A DNA stretch of 40,574 bases, taken from positions 1 to 40,574 of the forward strand of contig CAYXSG010000002.1 of NCBI GenBank assembly GCA_964467325.1, read 5' to 3'. Below, one piece after another: positions 28,281-34,896 of this stretch. Source of the stretch: an uncultured Candidatus Saccharibacteria bacterium (lineage in GTDB: Bacteria > Patescibacteriota > Minisyncoccia > Phycocordibacterales > JAKAEA01). A program made the position numbers and the translations under genes. Position 1 is the first letter of the stretch; each line of letters starts with the position of its first letter. The notes beneath the pieces are model-generated. The model was given only the letters and a program-made list of their open reading frames with translations, was not told where the DNA came from and searched no databases.

Positions 28281-28409
28281 TCAGCCAGAAGCACCGCCAT
28301 CTGTGTCACCGTCACCAGGACCCTCGTTGTCCGGAGGCGAACCATCATCATCAGGATCCGGGTCGGGATCACTGCTACCACCGCCGCCATAGTAGGTGCC
28401 ATATTTCAT
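28281..28409 (-). CDS. small acidic Gly/Asp/Pro-rich peptide (42 aa)
   Basis: A perfect AAGGAGG (28415-28421) sits 5 nt before the ATG, and a terminator follows. Sequence: MKYGTYYGGGGSSDPDPDPDDDGSPPDNEGPGDGDTDGGASG. It is below the track cutoff. Confidence 0.45.
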   Translation of the reverse strand: MKYGTYYGGGGSSDPDPDPDDDGSPPDNEGPGDGDTDGGASG

Positions 28410-28625
28410 GACAACCTCCTTGGTTAGAGAACATAAAGCCAGAAGGAAAACCCTTCTGTAACTTCTACCGCGATATTACCTCTCAAACAAAGATTTGTCA
28501 ATAGCTCCGTATAGGTTCAATACCTTGGCATCACCTACCCATTTAGATTGTATTTTTGAACATTCTCCAGCTGTAGGATTTCGGTTCTTACTTGCGACAA
28601 CCTCCACCAAACAACCTTTTAGAGG

Positions 28626-28631
28626 TACAAT
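28626..28631 (+). promoter_or_regulatory. -10 box TACAAT 7 nt before ATG 28639
   Basis: Leaderless geometry. This supports the internal ATG over the track's TTG 28495. Confidence 0.4.
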
Positions 28632-28638
28632 AGTCTCA

Positions 28639-29265
28639 ATGCTGGCATTTGAAAAAAAGCATAAGCGCGGGACGAAAACTTTTCTTTACACGCTTATCGC
28701 GCACAACTGGCTCATGATTCTTATTGGCTTAGGCTTTTTATATTTATCTTGGGCAATATATTTCGGCAATCTGCGCGACTTTACGGAAAGTTTTCTGAAT
28801 CAACACGCCGATTGGTACACCACAGTCAGCATGCTTTCGGAATGGATTCTTTTGGTAGGCATTTCTGTGCTTTTTGTCGCCTACTTGCGCGCCAGCGTGC
28901 ATTACCGATACTACAAATTTATTTTGGACGAATACGCCGTGCATTTGCATAAAGGGTTATTTTTCATTCGAGAAACGACGATTCCCTACGCGCAAATCAG
29001 CAACGTGCACATTTTGCGCCCATACCATTTTCGTCTGCTCGGCATCGCGCAGCTTGATGTGGTGACCGCCGCCGACAAAAGCATGGAAGCGCATGAAATT
29101 CGCACGAAGAAATTCTTCATTCCGATTATCGACACGAAAATCGCCAGAGTCTTGGCGCGTCAGCTCTTGGAATGCGCTGATAAAAGCCGGAAAGGCCAGT
29201 ACATTTACGAAGAAGACAGTGCAGATGAGGTAGTTGAAGACGAAAGCGAAGAAAGCGAAAACTAG
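28639..29265 (+). CDS. membrane protein with a bacterial PH domain (YdbS/YdbT-like, bPH_2)
   Basis: Two TM helices are followed by YRYYKFILDEYAVHLHKGLFFIRETTIPYAQISNVHILRPYHFRLLGIAQLDV. The tail is acidic. Confidence 0.65.
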   Translation: MLAFEKKHKRGTKTFLYTLIAHNWLMILIGLGFLYLSWAIYFGNLRDFTESFLNQHADWYTTVSMLSEWILLVGISVLFVAYLRASVHYRYYKFILDEYAVHLHKGLFFIRETTIPYAQISNVHILRPYHFRLLGIAQLDVVTAADKSMEAHEIRTKKFFIPIIDTKIARVLARQLLECADKSRKGQYIYEEDSADEVVEDESEESEN

Positions 29266-29294
29266 TTGACAAATAAAACGAGGCATGCTATCAT
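29266..29294 (+). promoter_or_regulatory. sigma70-type promoter of cspA
   Basis: TTGACA (29266-29271), a 17-nt spacer, and the extended -10 TGcTATCAT (29286-29294). The predicted 5' UTR is about 78 nt. Confidence 0.65.
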
Positions 29295-29378
29295 GGCTTT
29301 CGTACTAGCGTAGTAGTTCGAAATCGTCGAATTTCTTAAACATACTTTCACTGTACTTTTAATCATAAAATCAACCTC

Positions 29379-29576
29379 ATGAAAGGTACCATTAAAAAGG
29401 TTACTGACAAAGGTTTCGGTTTCATCGCTGGAGACGGCATGGGAAAGGACTTGTTCTTTCACAGCAACGCTCTTGTCGGTGTAAAGTTTGACGAGCTCCA
29501 TGAAGGAGACGTAGTTTCTTTTGATGTAGAGCAATCTCCAAAAGGACCAAACGCCGTAAACGTTCAGCGAGCATAA
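29379..29576 (+). CDS. cspA: cold-shock domain protein
   Basis: 65 aa with the RNP1/RNP2 motifs KGFGFI and DLFFH. Confidence 0.92.
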   Translation: MKGTIKKVTDKGFGFIAGDGMGKDLFFHSNALVGVKFDELHEGDVVSFDVEQSPKGPNAVNVQRA

Positions 29577-29590
29577 TAACTCGTTCTACA

Positions 29591-29622
29591 AAAAACTCGC
29601 TTCCATCCGGTTGCGAGTTTTT
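29591..29622 (+). terminator. rho-independent terminator of cspA
   Basis: Stem AAAAACTCGC/GCGAGTTTTT with a 12-nt loop and a T run. Confidence 0.8.
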
Positions 29623-29647
29623 TGTTGGCTAAAATTTCAAATTTAAA

Positions 29648-30376
29648 TTACAAGCTGGCAAAATAAATGGCCACGTACAAAACCGCCGCACCTAAAAGCG
29701 TCATCATGGTCGTGAGCATTTTCGGGTGGGCGTGATGACTTTCTGGCAAAAGATCGCTCGCACCAATGTACAAGAAAAAACCAGAAAACAAGGCCAGGAT
29801 TAAGCTCAATGAACTTTCTGGGAGCGTAAACAGGAGCGTTGAACTCGCGCCAAGAACCGGCGCGAGCGCATCCACAAGCAGCCAACTAAAAGCGCGATCG
29901 TCGCCACCATCGTTTTTTAGAATCAAATTTACCGTATTTATGCCGTCGGAAAAATCATGAACAAGCACCGCCACTGCCACTACCAAGCCGATGGCGGACG
30001 AAACTTGGAAAGCTAAGCCGATTGCCACACCATCAAGAAAACTGTGAACCGAAAGGCTGGCCGCGCCAAGCAAACCCCTACCCTTTCTATTAATTTCTTT
30101 ATGGGAATGTTCTTCGGTATGAGAATGAAAAAGCATCGCTCGGTCTAACACGAGATAGACAAAAAAACCGATTGCGACGAAAATCGGGATAACGCCGACG
30201 GAATAGAACTTGCTGCCGAGCCCAATGGCTTCCGGCATCAAATCAAAAAACGCGACGCCGATAACCGCGCCGGCACTGAAGCCCAGAATGAGATGCAATT
30301 GATCTTTAAATTTCAGCGCAAAAAAACCACCGCAAAGCGTGGCTAGAAAAGCGCCCAAAGCAATGATGATTACCAT
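29648..30376 (-). CDS. ZIP-family divalent metal transporter (ZupT-like)
   Basis: 242 aa with multiple TM helices, a His-rich loop (HSHTEEHSHKE), and HSFLDGVAIG and VHDFSDG. Confidence 0.9.
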   Translation of the reverse strand: MVIIIALGAFLATLCGGFFALKFKDQLHLILGFSAGAVIGVAFFDLMPEAIGLGSKFYSVGVIPIFVAIGFFVYLVLDRAMLFHSHTEEHSHKEINRKGRGLLGAASLSVHSFLDGVAIGLAFQVSSAIGLVVAVAVLVHDFSDGINTVNLILKNDGGDDRAFSWLLVDALAPVLGASSTLLFTLPESSLSLILALFSGFFLYIGASDLLPESHHAHPKMLTTMMTLLGAAVLYVAIYFASL

Positions 30377-30418
30377 AACTCGCCATATTCTAGCCTCTTT
30401 GCCAGAAAAAGTAAAACG

Positions 30419-30427
30419 TGCTATTGT
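30419..30427 (+). promoter_or_regulatory. extended -10 promoter TGcTATTGT for infC-rpmI-rplT
   Basis: Matches the promoter motif seen across the window and lies upstream of the infC reading frame. Confidence 0.4.
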
Positions 30428-30472
30428 ATCGAAGTATCAGCCCTAGCCAAAACCACCCTGAATAATCAACGC

Positions 30473-30970
30473 ATCCGAATAAACCACCAGATTCAAGCGA
30501 AAGAGCTGCGAGTCATCAGCCAAGACGGCGAAAATCTCGGCGTCATGAGCACCGGCGAAGCTCTCAAAAAAGCGCAAGAAGCTGGCACGGATCTCATCGA
30601 AATCTCGCCGAACGCGGTGCCACCCATCGCGAAACTCATGGACTATGGCAAGTTTCAGTATATTGAGAGCAAAAAATTGCGCGCCTCAAAAGCCAAGTCT
30701 AAAGTGACCGAAACCAAAACCGTTCAGGTGAAAATCGGCACCGGCGAGCACGACTTGGACCTCAAAGCCAAGAAAGCTTCCGCGTGGCTCAAAGAAGGTC
30801 ACCGAATTAAAATTGACTTGTTCTTGATTGGCCGTTCGAAATACATGGACTTTAACTTTCTCAAAGAACGCATGGAACGCATTCTCCACCTCATAACCGA
30901 AGAATATAAAATTTCTGATCCGCCGAAAAAGGGTCTAAAAGGCCTGACGGTGACTATTGAGAAAAAATAG
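30473..30970 (+). CDS. infC: translation initiation factor IF-3, with a non-ATG start
   Basis: The conserved N-terminal motif (R)INHQIQAKELRVISQDGENLGV lies upstream of the first ATG (30545). The candidate starts are CTG 30458, ATC 30473, ATA 30479 and ATT 30491, and the exact one is uncertain. Confidence 0.8.
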   Translation: MRINHQIQAKELRVISQDGENLGVMSTGEALKKAQEAGTDLIEISPNAVPPIAKLMDYGKFQYIESKKLRASKAKSKVTETKTVQVKIGTGEHDLDLKAKKASAWLKEGHRIKIDLFLIGRSKYMDFNFLKERMERILHLITEEYKISDPPKKGLKGLTVTIEKK

Positions 30971-31020
30971 CTGTGAAGATTGACTATTTCGCCCTGATAT
31001 GCGAGTATTGTACCCACGTT

Positions 31021-31212
31021 ATGAAAACCAATAAATCCTTCACCAAACGCATAAAAGTGACCAAAAACGGCACTTTAGTCATGCGCAAAGCCGGCCAAAA
31101 TCACTTCAATTCCAAAGAAGGAAGCCGCAGCCAGATGGCGCGCAACCGGACTTTGAAAATGGTTATGAAAAACAAGGCGAAGTCTAGGTTTTTAAACAAC
31201 AGTTCAATTTAA
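31021..31212 (+). CDS. rpmI: 50S ribosomal protein L35
   Basis: MKTNKSFTKRIKVTKNGTLVMRKAGQNH... The start is taken at the internal ATG 31021. Confidence 0.9.
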   Translation: MKTNKSFTKRIKVTKNGTLVMRKAGQNHFNSKEGSRSQMARNRTLKMVMKNKAKSRFLNNSSI

Positions 31213-31233
31213 TAATCTCAATAAAATACCAAC

Positions 31234-31578
31234 ATGACCCGAGTCAAGAAAGGAGTAAATGCGCTTAAGACGCGCCGAAACATATTGAAGCAAGTGAAAG
31301 GCTACCGCTTCGGCCGCGGCACGAAAGAACGCCAAGCTTACGAGGCAATCTCGCACGCCGGCGCGTACGCTTTCGCCCACCGCCGCGACAAGAAAGGCGA
31401 AATGCGCCGCCTTTTCAACGTTCGTATCAACGCCGCGCTTGAAACCCAAAACCTTTCCTACAGCAAATTCATTGACGCTTTGAAAAAGAAAAACATCGCT
31501 CTGGACCGAAAAATTCTTTCCACACTCGCCGAAACCAATCCTGAAACTTTCAAAAGAGTTATCGCTCAGTCTAAGTAA
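31234..31578 (+). CDS. rplT: 50S ribosomal protein L20
   Basis: MTRVKKGVNALKTRRNILKQVKGYRFGR... Confidence 0.95.
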   Translation: MTRVKKGVNALKTRRNILKQVKGYRFGRGTKERQAYEAISHAGAYAFAHRRDKKGEMRRLFNVRINAALETQNLSYSKFIDALKKKNIALDRKILSTLAETNPETFKRVIAQSK

Positions 31579-31601
31579 GTTGATAAGATTCTGACTTCAA
31601 C

Positions 31602-31626
31602 AAAAAACCGCATAAAGCGGTTTTTT
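31602..31626. terminator. bidirectional rho-independent terminator
   Basis: Stem AAAAAACCGC/GCGGTTTTTT with a 5-nt loop. It overlaps the stop of the convergent gene 31625-31888. Confidence 0.8.
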
Positions 31627-31888
31627 AGTGAATGAAAGGCCAAAGAAACGGGATTACAAATAATGAATATACTATAATTTTAATAATGGGATTTTTAAGA
31701 AAACTGATTAGGAAAGCAACTAGCAGTGTTGTATAAAAGAAGCAGACTATACAGATTATTATAGGCACCCACAATAACGCAGACATACGGAGAGGTTCGT
31801 CAGCATGTGTCATTAAAAATATTAAAAAAGCGTACGCGGGAACATTGAGCAATGCTCCGACTATAATGTGTTTCGCCACTCCTTTCAT
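31625..31888 (-). CDS. small membrane protein (87 aa)
   Basis: Three predicted TM helices in an AT-rich gene. No family recognised. Confidence 0.5.
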   Translation of the reverse strand: MKGVAKHIIVGALLNVPAYAFLIFLMTHADEPLRMSALLWVPIIICIVCFFYTTLLVAFLISFLKNPIIKIIVYSLFVIPFLWPFIH

Positions 31889-31894
31889 GCCAAC

Positions 31895-31903
31895 ATACTA
31901 TCA
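31895..31903 (-). promoter_or_regulatory. extended -10 (TGaTAGTAT) 6 nt before ATG 31888
   Basis: The TGA stop codon of the upstream MBL gene supplies the TG of the extended -10. Confidence 0.4.
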
Positions 31904-33277
31904 CATTTCCAAATCAATCACCTCCCCTTTGTTTGGATACACCGCGTCGACGCCGAGGTAGTCGCGCAAACGCTGAACGAGAAACATGGAAGCTTTCGGT
32001 TCGCCCATCGTGACAAAAACTTTTTTTAACTGACCGGATTCGGCCGCTTTTTCCACGAAGGCAATGAGATGGTCAGAATCTTTGTGCGACGAATAGCCCA
32101 TGATGCTTTTCACTTCTGCATTAATTTGAATATCTTCGCCGTTGATGTGGACATGCTTCGCGCCTTCTAGAATTTGCCGCCCGAGCGTGCCCGCCGCTTG
32201 ATAGCCAACCAAAAGAAAAGTGGTGTTCGCATCCGGCAAAAAATGCTTTTCGTGGCTGACAATGCGGCCGCCGTTACTCATGCCCGAACCGGCAATGATA
32301 ATTTTCGGATTGATACTTGAGTCTATGTGCTCTGATTGCAAACGCTTAACCGTAAATTTCAAATTGGGAAAATTGAACAGGTCGTCGCCTTGCGCCACGT
32401 ATGCACGCGCACTGTCTTTAAATTCATTGCTATAGCTTCGGTAAATTTCGGTCACTTTCGTCGCCAACGGCGAATCAATGAAAACTTTTATGTCGCCAAC
32501 ATGTTCTTTTTCTATGAGTTTATTGAGTTCAAAAAGAATATCCTGCGTGCGCTCAAGCGAAAAAGCCGGAATGACCAGCGTGCGCCGGCGCTTGATCGTA
32601 TCTTTTACAATGTCGCCGAAAGCTTGGCGGCGCACGTCTTTCGGTTCGTGATTGCGGTCGCCGTAAACCGATTCCATCAAAAGATAATCGGCATCAGTGA
32701 TTTGGTCGGTATCGCGCAAAAAAAGCGACGGTGAATTGCCTAAATCGCCGGTGAAAACTATCTTTCTATTATTAAGGCTAAATTCATACATGGCCGAACC
32801 GAGAATGTGGCCAGAATCTTTAAGGAACACACTCAAGCCGTCGCCCAAATCAAAATTTTCATAATACGGAATAGTTTTCCAAAGGCGAAAAGCGCTGTCA
32901 ACATCTTTTTCTTCGTACATCGGCAAGACGCCTTTTTTGCGCGCTTCGTCTTCCATCACCCGCAGCGTGTCGGGCAACATGACGCCGGTGAGGTCGCGGG
33001 TCGCCGGCGTGGAATAAATAATGCCTTTGAAACCATCTTTGACGAGCTTGGGAATTCTGCCAATGTGGTCGGCGTGCGCGTGAGTAATCATCAGCAGATC
33101 AATGTCGGCCGGATTGTACGGAAACGGATCGCGGTTGCGCTCTTCGGCGAAGCTCGTGCCCTGCTCCAAGCCGCAGTCAATCAGAATTCTCTTGCCGACA
33201 ATTTCAAGCAAAAAGTTGGCGCCCGTCACCGAACCGACACCACCCCAACACGTGAGTGAAGTTTTATTTTGAGACAT
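31901..33277 (-). CDS. MBL-fold metallo-hydrolase with a beta-CASP domain (RNase J/CPSF-like)
   Basis: 458 aa with HAHADH and later D/H motifs (DSGHILGSA, GYSSHKD). Confidence 0.8.
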   Translation of the reverse strand: MSQNKTSLTCWGGVGSVTGANFLLEIVGKRILIDCGLEQGTSFAEERNRDPFPYNPADIDLLMITHAHADHIGRIPKLVKDGFKGIIYSTPATRDLTGVMLPDTLRVMEDEARKKGVLPMYEEKDVDSAFRLWKTIPYYENFDLGDGLSVFLKDSGHILGSAMYEFSLNNRKIVFTGDLGNSPSLFLRDTDQITDADYLLMESVYGDRNHEPKDVRRQAFGDIVKDTIKRRRTLVIPAFSLERTQDILFELNKLIEKEHVGDIKVFIDSPLATKVTEIYRSYSNEFKDSARAYVAQGDDLFNFPNLKFTVKRLQSEHIDSSINPKIIIAGSGMSNGGRIVSHEKHFLPDANTTFLLVGYQAAGTLGRQILEGAKHVHINGEDIQINAEVKSIMGYSSHKDSDHLIAFVEKAAESGQLKKVFVTMGEPKASMFLVQRLRDYLGVDAVYPNKGEVIDLEM

Positions 33278-33641
33278 AAACGTAAGAAACTGCCATTAAG
33301 CTGCCAATAATATCAAACAAAATGTCGCCAGCGGTATTGCTCCAATAGCCGCGCAAACTGACAATCGCCGCGCCAGTGTCCACCTCAAACACTTCCCAGG
33401 CGATGCCAACCGCCAGCGCGAAAAGCACCGCCAGCGTCAAAATTACAAAAATATTTGGAAAATTTCTAATCGCAAAAGCAACGTAAAGCAAAGTAATCGT
33501 GACAAAAAATCCACCGAGAAAATGCACGATCCAGTCAAACCCCGGCTCACGCCAGTAGATATAAAAGTACGTGCCGAGCGCGTGAAAAATCGCGAGCAAA
33601 GCTGCCGAAGCAAGAATAAGATTTAGGGGGATTTTTCGCAC
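33264..33641 (-). CDS. hypothetical membrane protein (125 aa)
   Basis: Four predicted TM helices and a GTG start. It overlaps the MBL gene start by 14 nt. Confidence 0.55.
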   Translation of the reverse strand: MRKIPLNLILASAALLAIFHALGTYFYIYWREPGFDWIVHFLGGFFVTITLLYVAFAIRNFPNIFVILTLAVLFALAVGIAWEVFEVDTGAAIVSLRGYWSNTAGDILFDIIGSLMAVSYVYVSK

Positions 33642-33647
33642 GTGTTC

Positions 33648-33656
33648 AGTATAGCA
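33648..33656 (-). promoter_or_regulatory. extended -10 (TGcTATACT) 6 nt before GTG 33641
   Basis: Sits immediately after the T tract of terminator 33656-33685. Confidence 0.4.
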
Positions 33657-33685
33657 AAACTCCGACCCGCGCGCGCGAACCGGAG
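33656..33685 (-). terminator. strong rho-independent terminator
   Basis: The minus strand reads CTCCGGTTCGCGCGCGCGGGTCGGAG followed by TTTT. The stem is about 11 bp and GC-rich. Confidence 0.7.
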
Positions 33686-33837
33686 ACTTGATAGGCCGCT
33701 ACGTATTTACCCTAGTAAAGACTAGGTGGGTGCCCTCAGCATACAATGATCAGAATCCGCTTGCGCAGGCTCATCATATCGCAGCAATTTGAGCTCCCTG
33801 AAAAATGCTTTAATCTAAAGAAATACAATAGCAGCCT
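33656..33837 (-). ncRNA. candidate small RNA of about 180 nt, unknown family
   Basis: A promoter of TTGAGG (33866-33871), a 16-nt spacer and TATAAT (33844-33849) is paired with terminator 33656-33685. The region has internal hairpins and no convincing ORF. Confidence 0.25.
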
Positions 33838-33860
33838 GCGTTCATTATACGCTCATCAAT

Positions 33861-34193
33861 TTAAACCTCAAGTTTCAAATCTATCTTTTTGGCAATCTGA
33901 TGAATTTGTCTGTTTTGGCGGTCATCACTAAGCTTGAGTGCGACATATTCATAATGCAAATCGTCAATTTTTACTGCTATTTTATCGATGCCGGTCATGA
34001 TTCCTTGTGTCATCTCTTTGACGCTAGATATGTCTTCTTTAAGCTCCTTAACATCGGTCTTCAGAATAGCAACGTCGGTTTTTAATGTAGACACATCAGT
34101 CTTTAATACAGATACATCAGTTTTTACCACATTTAAATCTTCTTTTGTGGCAAAAACTTCTTTAAGTTTTACGATATCTTTGTCAGTTATCAT
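33861..34193 (-). CDS. coiled-coil protein with tandem heptad repeats
   Basis: 110 aa. It reads FATKEDLNV-VKTDVSV-LKTDVST-LKTDVAI-LKTDVKE-LKEDISS. The gene is AT-rich. Confidence 0.7.
   Translation of the reverse strand: MITDKDIVKLKEVFATKEDLNVVKTDVSVLKTDVSTLKTDVAILKTDVKELKEDISSVKEMTQGIMTGIDKIAVKIDDLHYEYVALKLSDDRQNRQIHQIAKKIDLKLEV
34023..34127. repeat. five tandem 21-nt coding repeats
   Basis: The plus strand shows the repeating unit ACATCAGT(C/T)TTTAA..., encoding (V/L)K(T/E)D(V/I)xx heptads. Confidence 0.8.
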
Positions 34194-34200
34194 GGCAAAC

Positions 34201-34209
34201 AGTATATCA
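34201..34209 (-). promoter_or_regulatory. extended -10 (TGaTATACT) 7 nt before ATG 34193
   Basis: Leaderless geometry with no Shine-Dalgarno. Confidence 0.45.
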
Positions 34210-34284
34210 CTGAGGAGTTAAAATATTTATAAAGATTTTGAGAAAAATAATACTGCAACACAAAATCTGCCGTGTTGTAAAATC

Positions 34285-34896
34285 TCACTCCAAAATACCG
34301 TCCAAGTTGACGTCGTAGAGAATCGCTTCTGCAATGTGGCGATAGTTGAAAAGTTCTGATTCTTTGAACCAGTGCGGAATTTCTTTCAGCGCTTCTTCTG
34401 GCGAGCCGGAAGCGTGAACCAAGTTGCGGACCGAGCGGCTATCAGCATCAGAAGTTTGATAGGAATCGAGGACAAAATCGCCGCGAATGGTGCCCACATC
34501 GGAAGTCAGCGGCTCCGTACCACCGGTGAGCTTGCGAACAATTTTCACGGCATGCGCGCCTTCCAAAACCATGGCGATGAGCGGTCCAGCGGTCATGTAT
34601 TTCTTGAGTCGCTCCAAAAGAATTCTGGTCACTTCAAGCGGATCTTCGGTTGGCGGCTTCAAACCTTTGTCGTGATAGCCTTTTATGGTTTTCTCACCGG
34701 TCACTTTCCGCCAACTCGGATCAAGCGTGTAATGCTCTTCAATGAGCTTGGCCGAGGGCACGAGCATTTTCATGCCGACAATTTTCAAACCGATGTTTTC
34801 GTAACGCTTCACGATTTCCCCCACCAAAGATCTCTGCACCGCGTCGGGCTTGATTAAAACTAGCGTGCGTTCTTTCTTTGGGTGTGGCGTGTTCAT
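34285..34896 (-). CDS. ndk: nucleoside-diphosphate kinase (long form with inserts)
   Basis: ERTLVLIKPDAVQR...GTIRGDF...NLVHASGSPEEA with the catalytic His. It is about 50 aa longer than canonical Ndk, owing to an insert after EEHY. Confidence 0.88.
   Translation of the reverse strand: MNTPHPKKERTLVLIKPDAVQRSLVGEIVKRYENIGLKIVGMKMLVPSAKLIEEHYTLDPSWRKVTGEKTIKGYHDKGLKPPTEDPLEVTRILLERLKKYMTAGPLIAMVLEGAHAVKIVRKLTGGTEPLTSDVGTIRGDFVLDSYQTSDADSRSVRNLVHASGSPEEALKEIPHWFKESELFNYRHIAEAILYDVNLDGILE

Noticed and set aside
28580-28609. A second tmRNA-3'-end-like stretch (CGGTTC...CCTCCACCA)
   Set aside because: Only short exact matches (6-8 nt) are shared. Matches of that size are expected by chance in a 2-kb region, so it is not used as evidence.
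29262-29534. 90-aa minus-strand ORF opposite cspA
   Set aside because: It is antisense to a highly conserved cold-shock gene that has its own consensus promoter and terminator.
33666-33679. Alternating CG run (CGCGCGCGCG) as a Z-DNA or regulatory element
   Set aside because: It is fully explained as the apical part of the terminator stem at 33656-33685.
33656-33837. Assigning the candidate sRNA to 6S RNA or SRP RNA
   Set aside because: I found no GGAA-tetraloop/AGCA SRP motif and could not fold a 6S-like closed rod with a central bubble by hand. It is left as unknown family.
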